Of a stretch of 64,000 bases of DNA, positions 1-12,058 are shown piece by piece (the stretch's first letter is position 1; every line of letters starts with the position of its first letter). The position numbers and the translations under genes are program-made. The stretch comes from Ginglymostoma cirratum (taxonomy: Eukaryota), in the NCBI GenBank assembly GCA_024137785.1, contig JAHRHZ010000018.1:31615515-31679514 (forward strand). The letters run 5' to 3'. Under the pieces are notes generated by a model. It was not told the origin of the DNA and made no database searches. It saw only the letters and a program-made list of their open reading frames with translations.

Positions 1-178
1 CCCTAGAGAAGGTGATGGTGAGTTGCCTTCTTGAACTGCTGTAGTCCATGTGCTGTGGGTAGGCCCACAATGCCCTTAGGGAGGGAATTCCAGGATTTCA
101 CCCAGCGACACTGAAGAACCACAATATACTTCCAAGTCAGAATAGTCAGAGGCCTGGATAGGAACTTGCAGGCAGTGG
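1..178 (-). mobile_element. CR1-like LINE 3' fragment (family whose tail reads AAGAAGGCAGCTCACCACCACCTT...GGGATGGGCAATAAATG)
   Basis: Reverse complement aligns by eye to the 3' parts of the copies at 2090-2300 and 63480-63670. Confidence 0.75.
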
Positions 179-185
179 TTTAATG

Positions 186-305
186 TGCCATAAGATCTTT
201 TATACCACCTAAAAAGAGAGGCAGTGCCTCGATTTGGTAGCTCATCTGTAGCATCCCATCAGGGAATTATTGATGTGTCATCCCAGATTATGTAATTATG
301 TGCTT
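186..305 (-). mobile_element. Degenerate Deu-domain-like SINE fragment
   Basis: GATCTTTTATACCACCT...GGCAGTGCCTCGATTT...CTCATCTG resembles the reverse complement of the Deu core (GATGAGACGTTAAACCGAGGCCCCGTCTGCC...AGGTGGACGTAAAAGATCC), recalled from memory. Confidence 0.45.
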
Positions 306-309
306 GGTG

Positions 310-900
310 GGGGGTCTTTCTGATGGAATTGTATTAACAGCATGCCATATCTCAACAATATCATCCATTAGATGCCCAGGAATATCCAGCTACTTGTTAC
401 GTCCACGAAATTCAACACAATCCCAAACTCAATTTGGCAAGTGAGAGGTACAGAAGAAAGCAACTGATAAACCAAAAGACAAAGAGAGTGAGTGAAACAA
501 TAAGGAGAATGATATAAGATTCTGGTAAAAGAAATACAAATCTGTGGAGAAGAGCTTGCTATAAAAACAGATTGGGCAGAATCTTAATGGAATTGACCAT
601 TTGCAGTGGCAGGGGTCTAGGGGGCCATTAGGATTGGTCATGGGGGTGGGGCAAGGTGCTGTGGCTAACTAACTGAGGCACATCATTTATGACCCCAACT
701 CTATGTCAATGATTTAAATGGTCACTGGAAAAGGTCAGAAGAGTTGTCTCCTGCATTGTCTCTATTGGTTTCAGGGAGGAGGAAAAGCAATACGTGGGCC
801 GGCTGTTCTCTGCCATTTCTCTGATTCTTCCCTTGAGAGGATGCTGAAGGCTGTGAGGGTCCACAGAATGAGTGTTGTTTCCAGAGCACAAGGAGAGGTG
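310..900 (-). pseudogene. Highly decayed PIF/Harbinger transposase N-terminal relic
   Basis: Frame-hopping minus-strand translation gives RQCRRQL...RPLPLQMV...LNF, in the order of the HARBI1-type motifs QCRRRLRL / LPVAVKV / ALNF. Weak. Confidence 0.3.
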
Positions 901-1384
901 CCCGGTTTGTAACAAGTAGATGGAGCTGGAAGTTGCAGAAACAGTGAGCAACAGGAATGTGAATCCTAGAGCCTGGATTCCGGCTACAAGACATGTAACA
1001 AATTCATGAGATCAGAAAAGATATCTCACTTGTGTTGACAGCTACCACTTCCCCAACATTGTCCTGCACAATACTCCTCAGACAAACATAGCTTGCAGTT
1101 CTATTCAGTCCTTTCTGCTCAGCCACATCCTCAAATCCTCATCACTGACGCTCAGCAACATCTTTATGCCATCTCAGGCCCATTTCTCGCAGTCACCCTC
1201 CACAAAGATTGTTTATTCATGCTCTTATACATTCCACTTCTTAAATTCACAACCCTTTGCCCTTGTTTCCTAATAGGAGGAGAGCACATACTCCACTAAA
1301 AGTTTGTGACCTCGGAGTGTCTATCCAGTCATAGCCATGCTGACTATTGAGAAGGAGGAGGAGGGGTCCATGGTTGCAATTACT

Positions 1385-2355
1385 GGAGATTAATCATCTG
1401 AGCCCCAAGACATCACTGCAGGAGTTCCTCAGGGGAGTGTCCTAGGCCCAAACATTTTCAGCTGCTTCATCAATTATCTTCCCTCCATTGGACAGAATGT
1501 TTGCAAACGTTCAGCACCATTTGTAACTCCTCAGATTTTGAAGCAGTCTGTGTCCATATTCAGCAAGGTATGGACAATATCTAGTCTTGGACATTAAGGT
1601 GGCAAAATGACACTTGTGCCCAAGGAATGCCAGACAATGACTAATGGTTAGACCATTGCCCTTTGACATCAATAACATTGCCACCACTGAATCTCCCACT
1701 ATCTACATCCTTTTCCTACCATTGACCAGAGAGTGAACTGGAGCAGCTGCTTAAATACTGTTGCTACAAGGGCAGGCCTAGAGTCAGGAGCTAGAAATTC
1801 TGAGGTGAGTAACTCACCTCCTGACTCCCCAAACCTTGCCACACTCTGCAAGGCACAATTCAGTGATAGAATATTCTCCACGTTACTGCATAAATGCAGA
1901 TCCACCAACACAGAAGAAGCTTGACACCATTCAGGACAAAGCAGCCCAATTGATGCATATTGGCACCATTGATGTGTATTGGCAGCAGTGTGTGTACCAG
2001 TGACAAGATGCACTTCAGTAACTTAGCAAGGTTCCTTCAACAGGACTTTCCAAAATCACAACGTCTAGCATCTAGAAATACAAGGGCAGCAGATGCTGGG
2101 AACACCACCACCTGTGAGTTCCCTTCCAAGTCTCACACCATCCTGATGAGGAACTATATTGCTATTCTGTCACTGACAATGATCCAAAATCCTGGAACTC
2201 CAACCCTAACAGCACTTGTCAAAGTCCCTAGACTCGAAGGACTGCAGCAGTTACAGAAGGCAGCTCACCACCACCTTTTCCAGGGCAAAAAGGGATGGGC
2301 TATAAATGCAACACAGCCAGCAATGAGTGTATTCCCTGTATGATAAATAAAAGAA
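1385..2355 (+). mobile_element. CR1-like LINE, RT C-terminus to 3' end, decayed
   Basis: GGAGTTCCTCAGGGGAGTGTCCTAGGCCCA (GVPQGSVLGP) at about 1421-1450, and a 3' tail shared with the copy at 63040-63740. Confidence 0.85.
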
Positions 2356-2469
2356 AGGGCTGGATGGTAGATTTGATAAGCATTGGCAATGCAATATGCG
2401 GGTCTCCCTCACATCTAGTGACAGTATTAGCTAAGGCACTGCCTCATGACACATAGTAATCATATTGCA

Positions 2470-2587
2470 GTATCTTCTAACCAACCTTCTCAAGGATGTT
2501 ATTACACATCTCTTGAGCAGGTAGGATCTAAATACAGGTCCCCAGGCCAGAGGTAGGGACATTGCCACTGTCCCACACGAGCCCCTA
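2470..2587 (-). mobile_element. Short tRNA-head SINE (same family as 62682-62795)
   Basis: Reverse complement GGGGCTCGTGTGGGACAGTGGCAATGTCCCTACCTCTGG...CCTGCTCAAGAGATGTGTAATAACATCC aligns with the 62682 copy. Confidence 0.55.
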
Positions 2588-2753
2588 AAGCAATTAGGTT
2601 GCTGTCACCATTAACTGAATTGTGAACAGTTGCATAATTTTGATGCTAAATCCTTTTCTAGATTCATTATAAGGGAGCATCAACAGCTATCGGAAAAAGG
2701 AAGCTATAAGGCTCTCAAAGCTCTACTTGGCTGGTCCATGTGCTGAGCCTTGG

Positions 2754-2896
2754 AACAAAAACAGAAGTTGCTGGAAAAGCTCAGCAAGTCTGGCAACATC
2801 TGTGAAGAAAAAAATCAGAGTTAGCGTTTCGGGTCCGGTGACCTTTCCTCAGAACTGTTCTGAGGAAGGGTCACCGGACCCGAAATGTTAACTCTG
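2754..2896. mobile_element. Penelope-like pLTR end (family B) folded back into a 40-bp-arm palindrome with two HHR-like motifs
   Basis: Arms 2816-2855 and 2857-2896 are 37/40 reverse-complementary. The + arm reads CTGAGGA-A-GGGTC-ACCG-GACCC-GAAA-TGTT. Confidence 0.75.
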
Positions 2897-4039
2897 GAGC
2901 AGCAACAGGAAATGTGTAAGGTACTACCAGTATTCCTGGATGTACAGTCCATGCTTGGAGGGAGTTTGGAGGAACCTGTCTCCGTCATGGGTGCCAAGGT
3001 GTCTCAGGTACTTGTGCTGCTTTCCACCTTCTTGGAAAGAGGTGTCTGGGGCAACAGAAACAGTAAGCAACTCAATGTATGCTGACCTGGTCAGTAGTGT
3101 GCACACTCAGTCTGTCATTGCAAGCAAGATAAGAAAAAGCCTGGCCTTGGCCACTGACTCAGCAAGCTACAGTAAAGTGCTCTCTAGCTCTTGGCTAGAT
3201 GGACTATGCGATTAAAGGTAGGAAAGGACAGGTGGAAATGGGAGCTCGTCTCACATTGCTGTCATTTCTAATCCCTAGCACTATCCCTTCCACAGAAAGA
3301 GCTCCATATGCTACTTCTTGCCCTAATCATGACAGCCAGAGGTGGTGGCAATCTTCAGTGGGCAGATGGTGTCCATCATGGTCATCTCAGCAGTGAAAGC
3401 AAGGAAATGAGCAGTCTGCCTGTTGGAATCCATAGGGCAACATCACATGCTCGGATTAATAAGTGAAAAAGGAAGACTCCTTGGTTAATCAAAACATTAT
3501 GTTTATGAATATTTCAATGAACCAAGAATTTCATTTGAAATGACTGTTGTCTTGCAAACTCCATTGTTAACTCCTGAATTCCAAATGGACATTAGTTGTC
3601 AGGAGAATGGAATGACCAGAGATGAAGAGGAGCAAAGAATGGAACTGTGCTGGAGGAATTTTTGACTGTGAAAATGATGTGTATGATGGTTGGGGTGGAA
3701 GTGGGTTTAGCAATTGGCAAGATGGGGGTGGGCGGAGCCATATGGCTTCACACTCTTAGGTTGTCTGAAGAATACCTATCTGGCTGCCAGGTGAGCAGCT
3801 GCAGAAAAAATGGCCGCATCTTCCCCCTTCCCTGTAGTCAAGGATACAGAGTCTTCAGCATCTTTCATGTTTTACAACTCCATTTGTCTCTGCTGTGTAG
3901 CAATATGCATGGCACAACAAAACAAGAGAATTCTTTGGTGCTGGTGCACGCTGAAGGGTGCCCCAAGATCTGTCCAGATGTTCCTTCTGCTGACTGGCTC
4001 CTCTCTTACTTTCCCTTGGCATCAGTGATTGGGGTTTAG

Positions 4040-4430
4040 AAGGACAAGAGGCCTCATTAAGACATAGAAAATCCTGAAAAGGTTCAATGGAGTCAGTGCT
4101 GACAGATTAGATTCCCTGACCAATGGGAACAAACATGGGATCAGCCTTAAGACGAGGGGCCAATCATTGAGGATTGGATGAGCATTAATTACGTCACTCA
4201 AAGGATTGTGAAATTAAGGAATCCACTATTCCAGAGGATTGTGGATACTTGATCATTGAATACGTTCAAGGCTGGGCTAAATAGATTTTTGACCTTTCAG
4301 GGAATTAATGGAACTAGGGAGTGTGGCAAGAACATGGAATTAAAGACCAAGATTAGGCACAATCACATTAAATGGCAGAGTAGCCTTGATGCATCATACA
4401 ATTTACTTCTGCTCCTATTTTTTGCATTCT
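4040..4430 (+). mobile_element. CR1 LINE 3' end fragment
   Basis: Translation remnant NTFKAGLNRFL, with a 3' UTR similar to 53800-53970. Confidence 0.75.
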
Positions 4431-7129
4431 TTGAATCTCCTTGGGCTACTGAAATGCCAGCAGTTTTTATGCATTTAACTATCACCATCCTCACATACTT
4501 CTGGGCTGTTAAAAGTTTGCTCTGTACGTAGATGACCTCTTTCAGTAAAGCTTATTGTTTGGTGCTCTGAGCTTCTGTCCTAATAATTTGTCTTGTTACG
4601 TTTCAAAACCAAACCAAGGTCTAGTATTTTGTTAATTAAACCAATTCTTCTGGCTAAGTTATATTGTTTGCTTTAACTTAGCAACTGAGAAATATAAATT
4701 TGATATAAATGGTGCATATTTAATCACTTTCCCTCAATGCTACTGAAATCAAACAGCGTTTGGTTGTTGATGTGCTAACTTGAATAGTTGCGGTAAGTTT
4801 TATTTTTCTTTAAAGAGCACCAGTGTTTGATCTCCACCTAGAAATGCCTTGAGGCAACATTTTCAATTCTGTGTGGAAATGTGCATGGGCACATCCATTA
4901 TTTCATCAAATGCACCAACAATTCTCAGCTGTGTATTACCCAGCATTTCCTTATGCAGATGTGTTCATTCTAACCAACTGCCTCCAGATAATTGTGGGGA
5001 TTAAATGATCTAAGGAAACCAAATCCTAAACACTGCGAACCTGAGATAGAGATTGTTAAAATATAAATACATCTTTGTCTATGCCAGGCAAATTTCCAGC
5101 TATCTATGACGATCGCATTATGTACTTAAAGATGAACTCTTTCTTGTTTACAGTCTCTCCCTCCGTAGACACTAGCTCATATGTTTTCATTGATAACAGC
5201 CGCTTTATTCCATCTAAGTAGTAACACTTCATTGAGAGAATGAATGTCACAAGATTATTTGACTGTGGACACAACTGAGTTCGATTCTGATCTTACTTGA
5301 TATGCAGATATACATTTTCCAGTGTTTAGTTAATGATAATAAATAAGCAGCAGAAATGTTAGCATATTTTCCCCTTCTAAGCTGAGGCACTGAGGCCAGT
5401 TTTATCCTTTTGTTTTCCCAGCTGACTTTGAATAATTCAACAGAGTAGAGAACAATACTTTGATCTTGGTTTCGGTATTTTAGCTGCACAGCTGAATTTT
5501 ACTGTTCATGATGCTTTACTGAATTGTGTTGATTTTAAATAGGAATTCCAAATAATCTATTTAAACCCCCTGCAATGTAAAACCTTAGCAGCTATTCAAT
5601 TCTTCATCCAAAAATAACACAAAAATTCAAATTCTTCATATTTTGCCCCAGGCCAGTGTTGCACATGTTTGAAATGGTCGTCCATTAATAGCATGGAATT
5701 CATCCAAAGTTAATCTTCACTTCCAATAATGTCTTGTTTCCTGACAGAATGTAGTTCAAAGAATCAGATATAAAACAAAGAATCATTGAAATAGCAATGA
5801 TAGTGTGTCAACAGTGCCAGAATGCAGAGAAGACAAACAGCATACAGGTAAAATCTCAGATTTGCAATAAAATAGTCTCTTTCAACAGAACTGACAATAT
5901 ACTTTATATATTAACAGAACTGTACCTCTCATTAGACAGTATCATTGCACAGATTATCTCGTAATTGAAACAAACAATTTGTGTATGCTTTAATAGTTTA
6001 GTAAGTTAGAACAATCACTGACTGAAGGGATATTCTTTGGCCAGACAATAGACAATGGTTACCTCTGTTTCTTTTTATCTAACATTAAGCAACAGTCTGA
6101 TCGATTACAACAGGTGCTGGACTGAATGATAAACTACTGCAACAAACAATGAAAATCACAAATGCCGAAAATATAAGCTTTTCTGTTGAGGCAAACATAT
6201 TTGGCAATGAAGCATAGAAGCTGAAAGTGGCATTGTAACTGTTTAAGAGAAGATCTGCAAATGAGATTTATAGAAGCAGGGATTGCTTACTATTACAGAT
6301 GATTTGATGGACATGTAGTGAAGTTCTTTCATTGAAATCTGTTAGATGGGAACAAACATGCAGAACAAGATTATGCAGATCTTGTTCTAACCTACCTTTT
6401 GACATCTAAGAATAACAAAATTATGGCATGAAAATTGTGTTGAAATTAGGCTCTGTTTCTTTTTCTTTCCCAGGTATATAAACAATGGCTATAGAAACTC
6501 CTTTTAATTCAGAAAAAGAATATATATTTTGTGAAGTATAGTATGTTATAAACTAAAAATGCTGCTTAGAAATAATTGTAGAGAATCGGTGAGATGAAAG
6601 GATCCACAGCCAACTAGAATAGATGTACAAAATAAAACAAAAAAGAAAACTGTGAATCATAAGTTTTTCACTGAAGTTTGAGATGAAATGATGAAAGGGC
6701 AAACCAGAACTCAGCATTCACAGAAGAGATGACTCATAGATGCAGGAAAGGAAAAACTGCCCAAACAGGGGTGGTATTTAATAAGGCCTGAAAGATTGGA
6801 AAACATGGTAGGAATAGTGACTTAATTAGACAGGAGCTGAAATCCTGGTTTCCCAATCTCTAGAAGTCTTCAGAGCTCCGACCTGCTAGAAATCTTCTGC
6901 ATTGATGGAGGGATATCCCCCCAAGGCCTTATATTTTGCAGGTAAGGGGATCAGTGGTAAAGGTGATGAAGAGGGGCCACTCACCCTGGGAGCTTCCTGA
7001 GAGAAAGTCCAAATTAATTGTCATGTGCTTATCATTGCTGCCTGTGTGATGGCACGTCCCTGTCTTTTAATGAGGAGGCCTTCCAGAGGGAGATCTAAGA
7101 TCCTTTGTCCCTTTTTGTCTAGCCACTGC

Positions 7130-7560
7130 TGTATGGAACCTATGACTGGATGCAAGGTCAATGGCTTATCATGTTGATGCTAACCTCTACATGAGGAAGC
7201 CATGAGCTTACATGCTTCAGAGATGGCGGAATTCAGCTTGCATGAACAATATGATCACCTTCACAAAGCTATACAAGTCCTCTGGCATCTTCTCTATATA
7301 TATTCCCCTAAATTTTTTTGCAGTTTCAACAGTTTTCTTATGGTCTAACCAGAGGCCCATTATCAGAAAGGACCCAGTTCCCCGCAATTTTCTAAGAGTC
7401 CAGGATTTGGCTGTCATATCCTACATCAGCTGCCAGGAGGTATGTGTAATGTACTTGCTAGGTTGTGTTTCCAGTTCCAAATGTGAAGCCTCTCCAACCT
7501 GTCTGGGTGAAACTACACCAGTGAGGGGTATTGGTCAGATAGCTAGCAGTGCATCCTCTA
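7130..7560 (-). pseudogene. Decayed PIF/Harbinger DDE transposase C-terminal relic
   Basis: Minus-strand remnants CCTGGCAGCTG (PGS), WVLSDNGPL (compare WLLGDKGYPL) and VKVIILFMQAEFRHL (compare IEQTIGLLKMRFRCL) occur in canonical order. Confidence 0.5.
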
Positions 7561-8117
7561 GGTGAGTGGTATCATTGTTCCCAGAGGAATAGTCTCAAGT
7601 TCCTACTATGGTTGTGGTCAGGGCCTATGATTGCAAGAACCAGTACTGGAGGGAATAAAGAATCACGTTAAGGACCAGCATTGTAAGACAGTATCACATT
7701 TTCTTACATTTTCCTGTTTGTGTCTATATGTCAGCATCAGGTTGGATACATTCCCACTCTTGTGGCAGATGTGATTGGTCAGCTGTCCTTCTGTCATGAA
7801 TCTGCATTGCCTCTTTCTTTTCAGGGTGGGTAGTTTCATTTTTGGTAATCCGTACCTGTCCTTGACTTTGTGATAAGAAGAATGTTCATTGCAATAGAAA
7901 AAGCCTTGAGGGTATTTTAAAAATTACAAACAAATGCAAAAATCATGTACAATCAAGTGATGTGTGTTGTCCACTTAGAAACTGGTATAGTCTTCTCAAA
8001 ACCATTATCCTTTTAGTAGGGTTTAGTGCATTTAATTCCTCCCTAACTAATTAGTTTACATTTAAAAATTTCTGCAACAAAAGGTTGAGAAGCAGAACTA
8101 CAAAATTACATTGCAAA

Positions 8118-8910
8118 TGTGACCTAATAAGGGTATATAATACATTATACCTTTTGGGAATTTGGGGTTTGTTTTTAGTTCTGTGAAGGAGACTTTTTTT
8201 TTAGAAAAGGTCAGAATAGTAATTTTTGAATAATAACTTCTGAATGTTCAAGAAAGCCTGTAATAAAGCTAAATGACTGGAAAAGCTATCTAAGGATTTT
8301 AATTGCTGAATATTTGTTAAGCTGAGTTCAGTGACCTACAGTGAAGCAGGTGATCAGGGCCATTAGCAGATAGAGTTCAGAAGAGAGATCACACCAACAA
8401 AAGAGCATTTTTTAAAAGTTTTTTTGAGTTCTGTTTTACTTTGAGTTTTGGTAGAAGTCTTCAGACTGGAAAGAAATCTTTGGTTTAAAGAGAAAGGCAA
8501 GGAAAGACCCTGAGTTTCTCTGAAGGTTCAGGGAGAAAGGGTTAACCTGTGATTTTGCCTCTGGGGGAGACAGAGAATTCCATCTGCTAATTGTGCAGAA
8601 GGTCTAAAAGGAAAAGCTTGTAACATTATTATTTAAGTAAAAACTTAAAGCATTAAAATGAGTGACACTTCACAGGTGGGGAAAAAGGGTTGAATTTTTA
8701 TTTTTGCAGTTTAAGATATGATCATTTCAAATTGGCTTACATATATAGTTCTGTGGGTTTTTTCTTTTCTTTGGTGTAATAAATTGGCAGCCTTGTGTGA
8801 ATATGTTCATAGTAACCAAACTGCAAAAGGGATATTTATGATCTTTCGAGACAGGTTTCACTCTGGAACCTGACTTATTCAATATTACTATCAGCAAGGC
8901 TCTTATCAGT
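8118..8910 (+). mobile_element. Putative solo LTR relic
   Basis: TG...CA ends and an internal AATAAA. The 3' segment AGGTTTCACTCTGGAACCTGACTTATTCAATATTACTATCAG matches 32360-32401. No TSD seen. Confidence 0.4.
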
Positions 8911-9469
8911 GTAATAATTTACGAAATTAAAATAATCTACCTCATCCTCCTTGTATGGTTCATATGGCAAATATCATGTTATATGTTCACAGTTCTTTGT
9001 CCCTGACATATACATGTTTTATATTATCATGAATATCATATACATGTGCAGTGCATGCCTCTCCATAGTAGATAAAATACTTGGCTCCAGTGAACTGTGT
9101 TATAATGTGAGCACACAGCAGACAAAAATTCTTGTCTGCTCAGAGTAATTATTCATAAGCTTCAGCACCATTTATGTATAAAATCCAAAATAATGAAGGG
9201 TTCAATTTTCTTCACAGAATACTGAGCATTAACCACTTATCGTTTTACAAAGAAAAGAGATGAAACCACTTCAACTATTTCTCCTCTTTCTCCCCCAAAG
9301 TTAGCCTAAAATCAGCTAAATGGCTATTTCAGCAGACATACACAGGGTGTGAAAATGAGACAGTGAAACTCTTGATTGTGTGTTCCTTTAAATTTGATTA
9401 GAAAAGATATGGAAGCCAAAAGCTACTGGATGATAAGACTCTGAACAGAGCAGAGCAACAAAAGAATCT

Positions 9470-10625
9470 GAGGTACAGAGACAAAATAGCAGTAGCACAT
9501 GTTAATAAGCCCATTAAAAACACTAGTATTCAATTCTGGAGGGAAAGAAAGTTAAAAAAACAGAAGTTATGTTGAGTTCATGTGGAAGCTTAGTTGGCTC
9601 ACACTTTTAAGCACTGCGCAGTTCTGGTCTCCAGGGTTTAAAATGATAATAGAAGCAGTGGAGAAGGTACAAAAATGTTGATAGCAAACCTAAGGGATAT
9701 TCTTTCAGTAAGAGGTGAATGTGCTGCAGCTCATTTTCATACAAGGAGTCCTGATGGGATTATTTAATATAGAAGGGCTTGATAGTCGTGATGTTATTGG
9801 GGAGATGGTATGCCTGACAATGGGCCTGAAAGCCAGGGCCAAGCCCACCTCAAATGTTTCAGGGAGCCCTGGCAATAGGTTATGTCTACCAAACCTGCAC
9901 TGTTAACGTCACTCTGCCCTGCAAACCAGCCATCCAGCCAACTAAGCTAACCACATCAGCTGAGGTCATCATGAAGGTTCCTTCTTTGCAATCTCATCCC
10001 TCACCAGAGGCATGGTGACCCTCAGGTTAAAGTCATCACCAGTTGTGCCTCTGAAATGAGAGAGCAACCCTGTGGTCCTCTGGAACCATGGTGATTTTAC
10101 CTTTATGTTCATCAAGCAGCTAATGAACCATCATTGGCCCTTGTGTCCCACGAAGGGAAAACCTCCAGCCTCTAAGAGCTGATGGCGAATTGACCCATCA
10201 TCTTCATCAGTAAAAAGGTAGCAGGAAAATGGCATATATGTCATTCAATGCCCCCCCTCCAAATTTTTCATTGCTCCTTCTCCTATCCCATTCCTGTCAG
10301 CCCTGTAAAGCCCAAGCAGACGTTTTCACTGTGGGACCTCAAAAACTAGAGGACCATTTGGAAGATAGCTATTAGTAAATCCAATGGGGACTTCAGGAGA
10401 TAATTCTTCACTCTATTGTTCATTCTGTTAAGAATGTGGAATCAACTGCAACAAGGAAGTAGTGGAGGTGAATATCATAGGTGCATTTTTGGAGAAGATA
10501 GATAAGCACTTACCTAAAGGGATGGATAAAGGAATGAAAGGTTATGCTAATGGGATTTGATGCAGAAGGGTGGAAAACCATTTGTGTGCCAGAAATGCTA
10601 ATGTTAAGTTGGACTAACTAGTCTG
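9470..10625 (+). mobile_element. Old CR1 LINE 3' region interrupted by other repeats (about 9810-10320)
   Basis: Remnants GCACTGCGCAGTTCTGGTCTCCA (HCAQFWSP), GAAGCAGTGGAGAAGGTACAA and AGAATGTGGAATCAACTG (RMWN). Confidence 0.55.
9955..10105 (+). mobile_element. SINE fragment (same family as 31922-32115)
   Basis: Shares GCTGAGGT..CATGAAGG...CCCTCACCAGRGGCATGGTG...AGGTTAAA...GAGAGAG...ATGGTGA with the 31922 copy. Confidence 0.55.
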
Positions 10626-11139
10626 TTTTCTTTTCTCCTTCAGTTCTCTGTCTGAAGGCAGGCCTGAGCTAAAGGACCATAATCTCCAACATGGGTAGAA
10701 TAAGGAGGCAGGTCTTTCATGAAGGAATTTTTTAAAATGTACACATGTTGTCTTTGTAAACTGTTTCTCCACGCAGAAATCAGCCTGATGGTCAGAGCGA
10801 GGTTGTTTATAAGAGGCTGCAGCTAAGGATGAGGTAAGCCTTTGTTGGTCTTGGGAGTAGAGATCGCCACAGTGAGTGTAGCGAATAGACTGTGGTTGAG
10901 GGGAGGATTGTGAGATTGTCAAAGATAGGAAAGTGAGGGTGGCTGGCCAAAGGGGCTTTGGAGGGACATGTATGATCATGGGGGAGATTGGAATTGGTGA
11001 GTGGAGATGGGCATCAATGGTTATGAAGAGTTGATCCTTGGAGTGTTGGTGATGGGGAAAGTATTGAAGGAATGTGGATTGGGTATATTACTACAGGTTG
11101 GTTTGTCAGGTTTGGTGGAATGACTTCACACCAAAACTA

Positions 11140-11270
11140 CCCGCAGTGCTTCAGATGTGGTCTCATCAGCACCTCGTACAGTTGCAGTAAGACTTCCTTA
11201 TTCTTATGCTCCAACCCCTTGAAATAAGGGCCAACATTCCACTAGCCTTTCTGATTACCTGCTGCATTGA
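11140..11270 (-). mobile_element. CR1 LINE ORF2 fragment
   Basis: Minus translation MQQVIRKASGMLALISRG matches the CR1 ORF2 C-terminal region seen at 53300-53430. Confidence 0.75.
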
Positions 11271-11306
11271 AGTAGAGTGGTTCGCATCTGGAAGAGTAAT
11301 ATACGT

Positions 11307-11515
11307 AACAAAAACAGAAATCACTGGAGAAACACAGCAAGTCTGACAGTATCTGTGGGGAAAAAGCGGAGATAATGTCATGAGTCTTCATGATAACTTG
11401 ACAACAGACTCGAAATGCTAACTTGGCTTTCTCTCCAGAGATGCTGCCAGACCTGATGAGTTTTGCCAACAATTTCTGTCTCAGATCCCCAGCATCTGCA
11501 GTTCTCAGTTTTATT
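11307..11515. mobile_element. Tail-out inverted pair of Penelope-like pLTR ends (family B, degenerate)
   Basis: The left half AACAAAAACAGAAATCACTGGAGAAACACAGCAAGTCTGACAGTATCTGTGG is roughly reverse-complementary to the right half CCAGAGATGCTGCCAGACCTGATGAGTTTTGCCAACAATTTCTGT, which carries the CCAGCATCTGCAG tail. Confidence 0.65.
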
Positions 11516-11779
11516 AAAGCAATATATGATATGTTCTTCAGTATGGCCACTTGGAGCAAAAAACCTCAAAGCATCAAGGACAAGAAGGTATCAAGGACAA
11601 GATTTTTCAGACCAACAAAATAAAAGAGCTGATTCTTGTTGGCTCAGTCGGATAGTGTTGCTGTTTTAGAGAGTTTGTTGTACCAAGCTCACCTCATTAA
11701 TTACTTACCCCACTGTCTATGACATCACTTATATTCAATTTCCACCCTACCTTATCGTGCACCATTCCTAGAACAACTT

Positions 11780-12058
11780 GCTGACCACATTGCTGTGAAT
11801 CTGGAGTCACATATAGGCCAGAAAGGAAAGATGGCAGATTTTCTTCCTTGAAGGACATTAATGAAACAAATGGGATTTTTTTTTACAATAACTAATAGGG
11901 ATTACATGATTGTCATTTGACCTGCTCTCTATTCCAAATGTTATTGAATTCAAATTTCACCATCTGCTTTGGTGGGGTTTGAACTAACGTCCCCAGAACA
12001 TTGGCTTGGGTTTCAGGGCTCCTAGTTCAGTGACATTACCACTACACCACCACCTCCT
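11780..12058 (-). mobile_element. tRNA-head SINE with conserved core (same family as 33330-33620)
   Basis: Reverse complement of the GGAAGGAAATCTGCCATC...GTGACTCCAGA.CCACAGCAATGTGG core. Confidence 0.7.

Noticed and set aside
3647-4039. 130-aa ORF as a gene or Harbinger relic
   Set aside because: Only vague resemblance, with no ordered motifs I can support.
5747-5847. Exon-like segment with pyrimidine-CAG acceptor and CAG/GTAAAA donor
   Set aside because: All three frames contain stops. A non-coding exon cannot be excluded but is unsupported.
6362-6388. 10-bp perfect hairpin AGAACAAGAT/ATCTTGTTCT
   Set aside because: About one such stem is expected by chance in 64 kb of AT-rich DNA.
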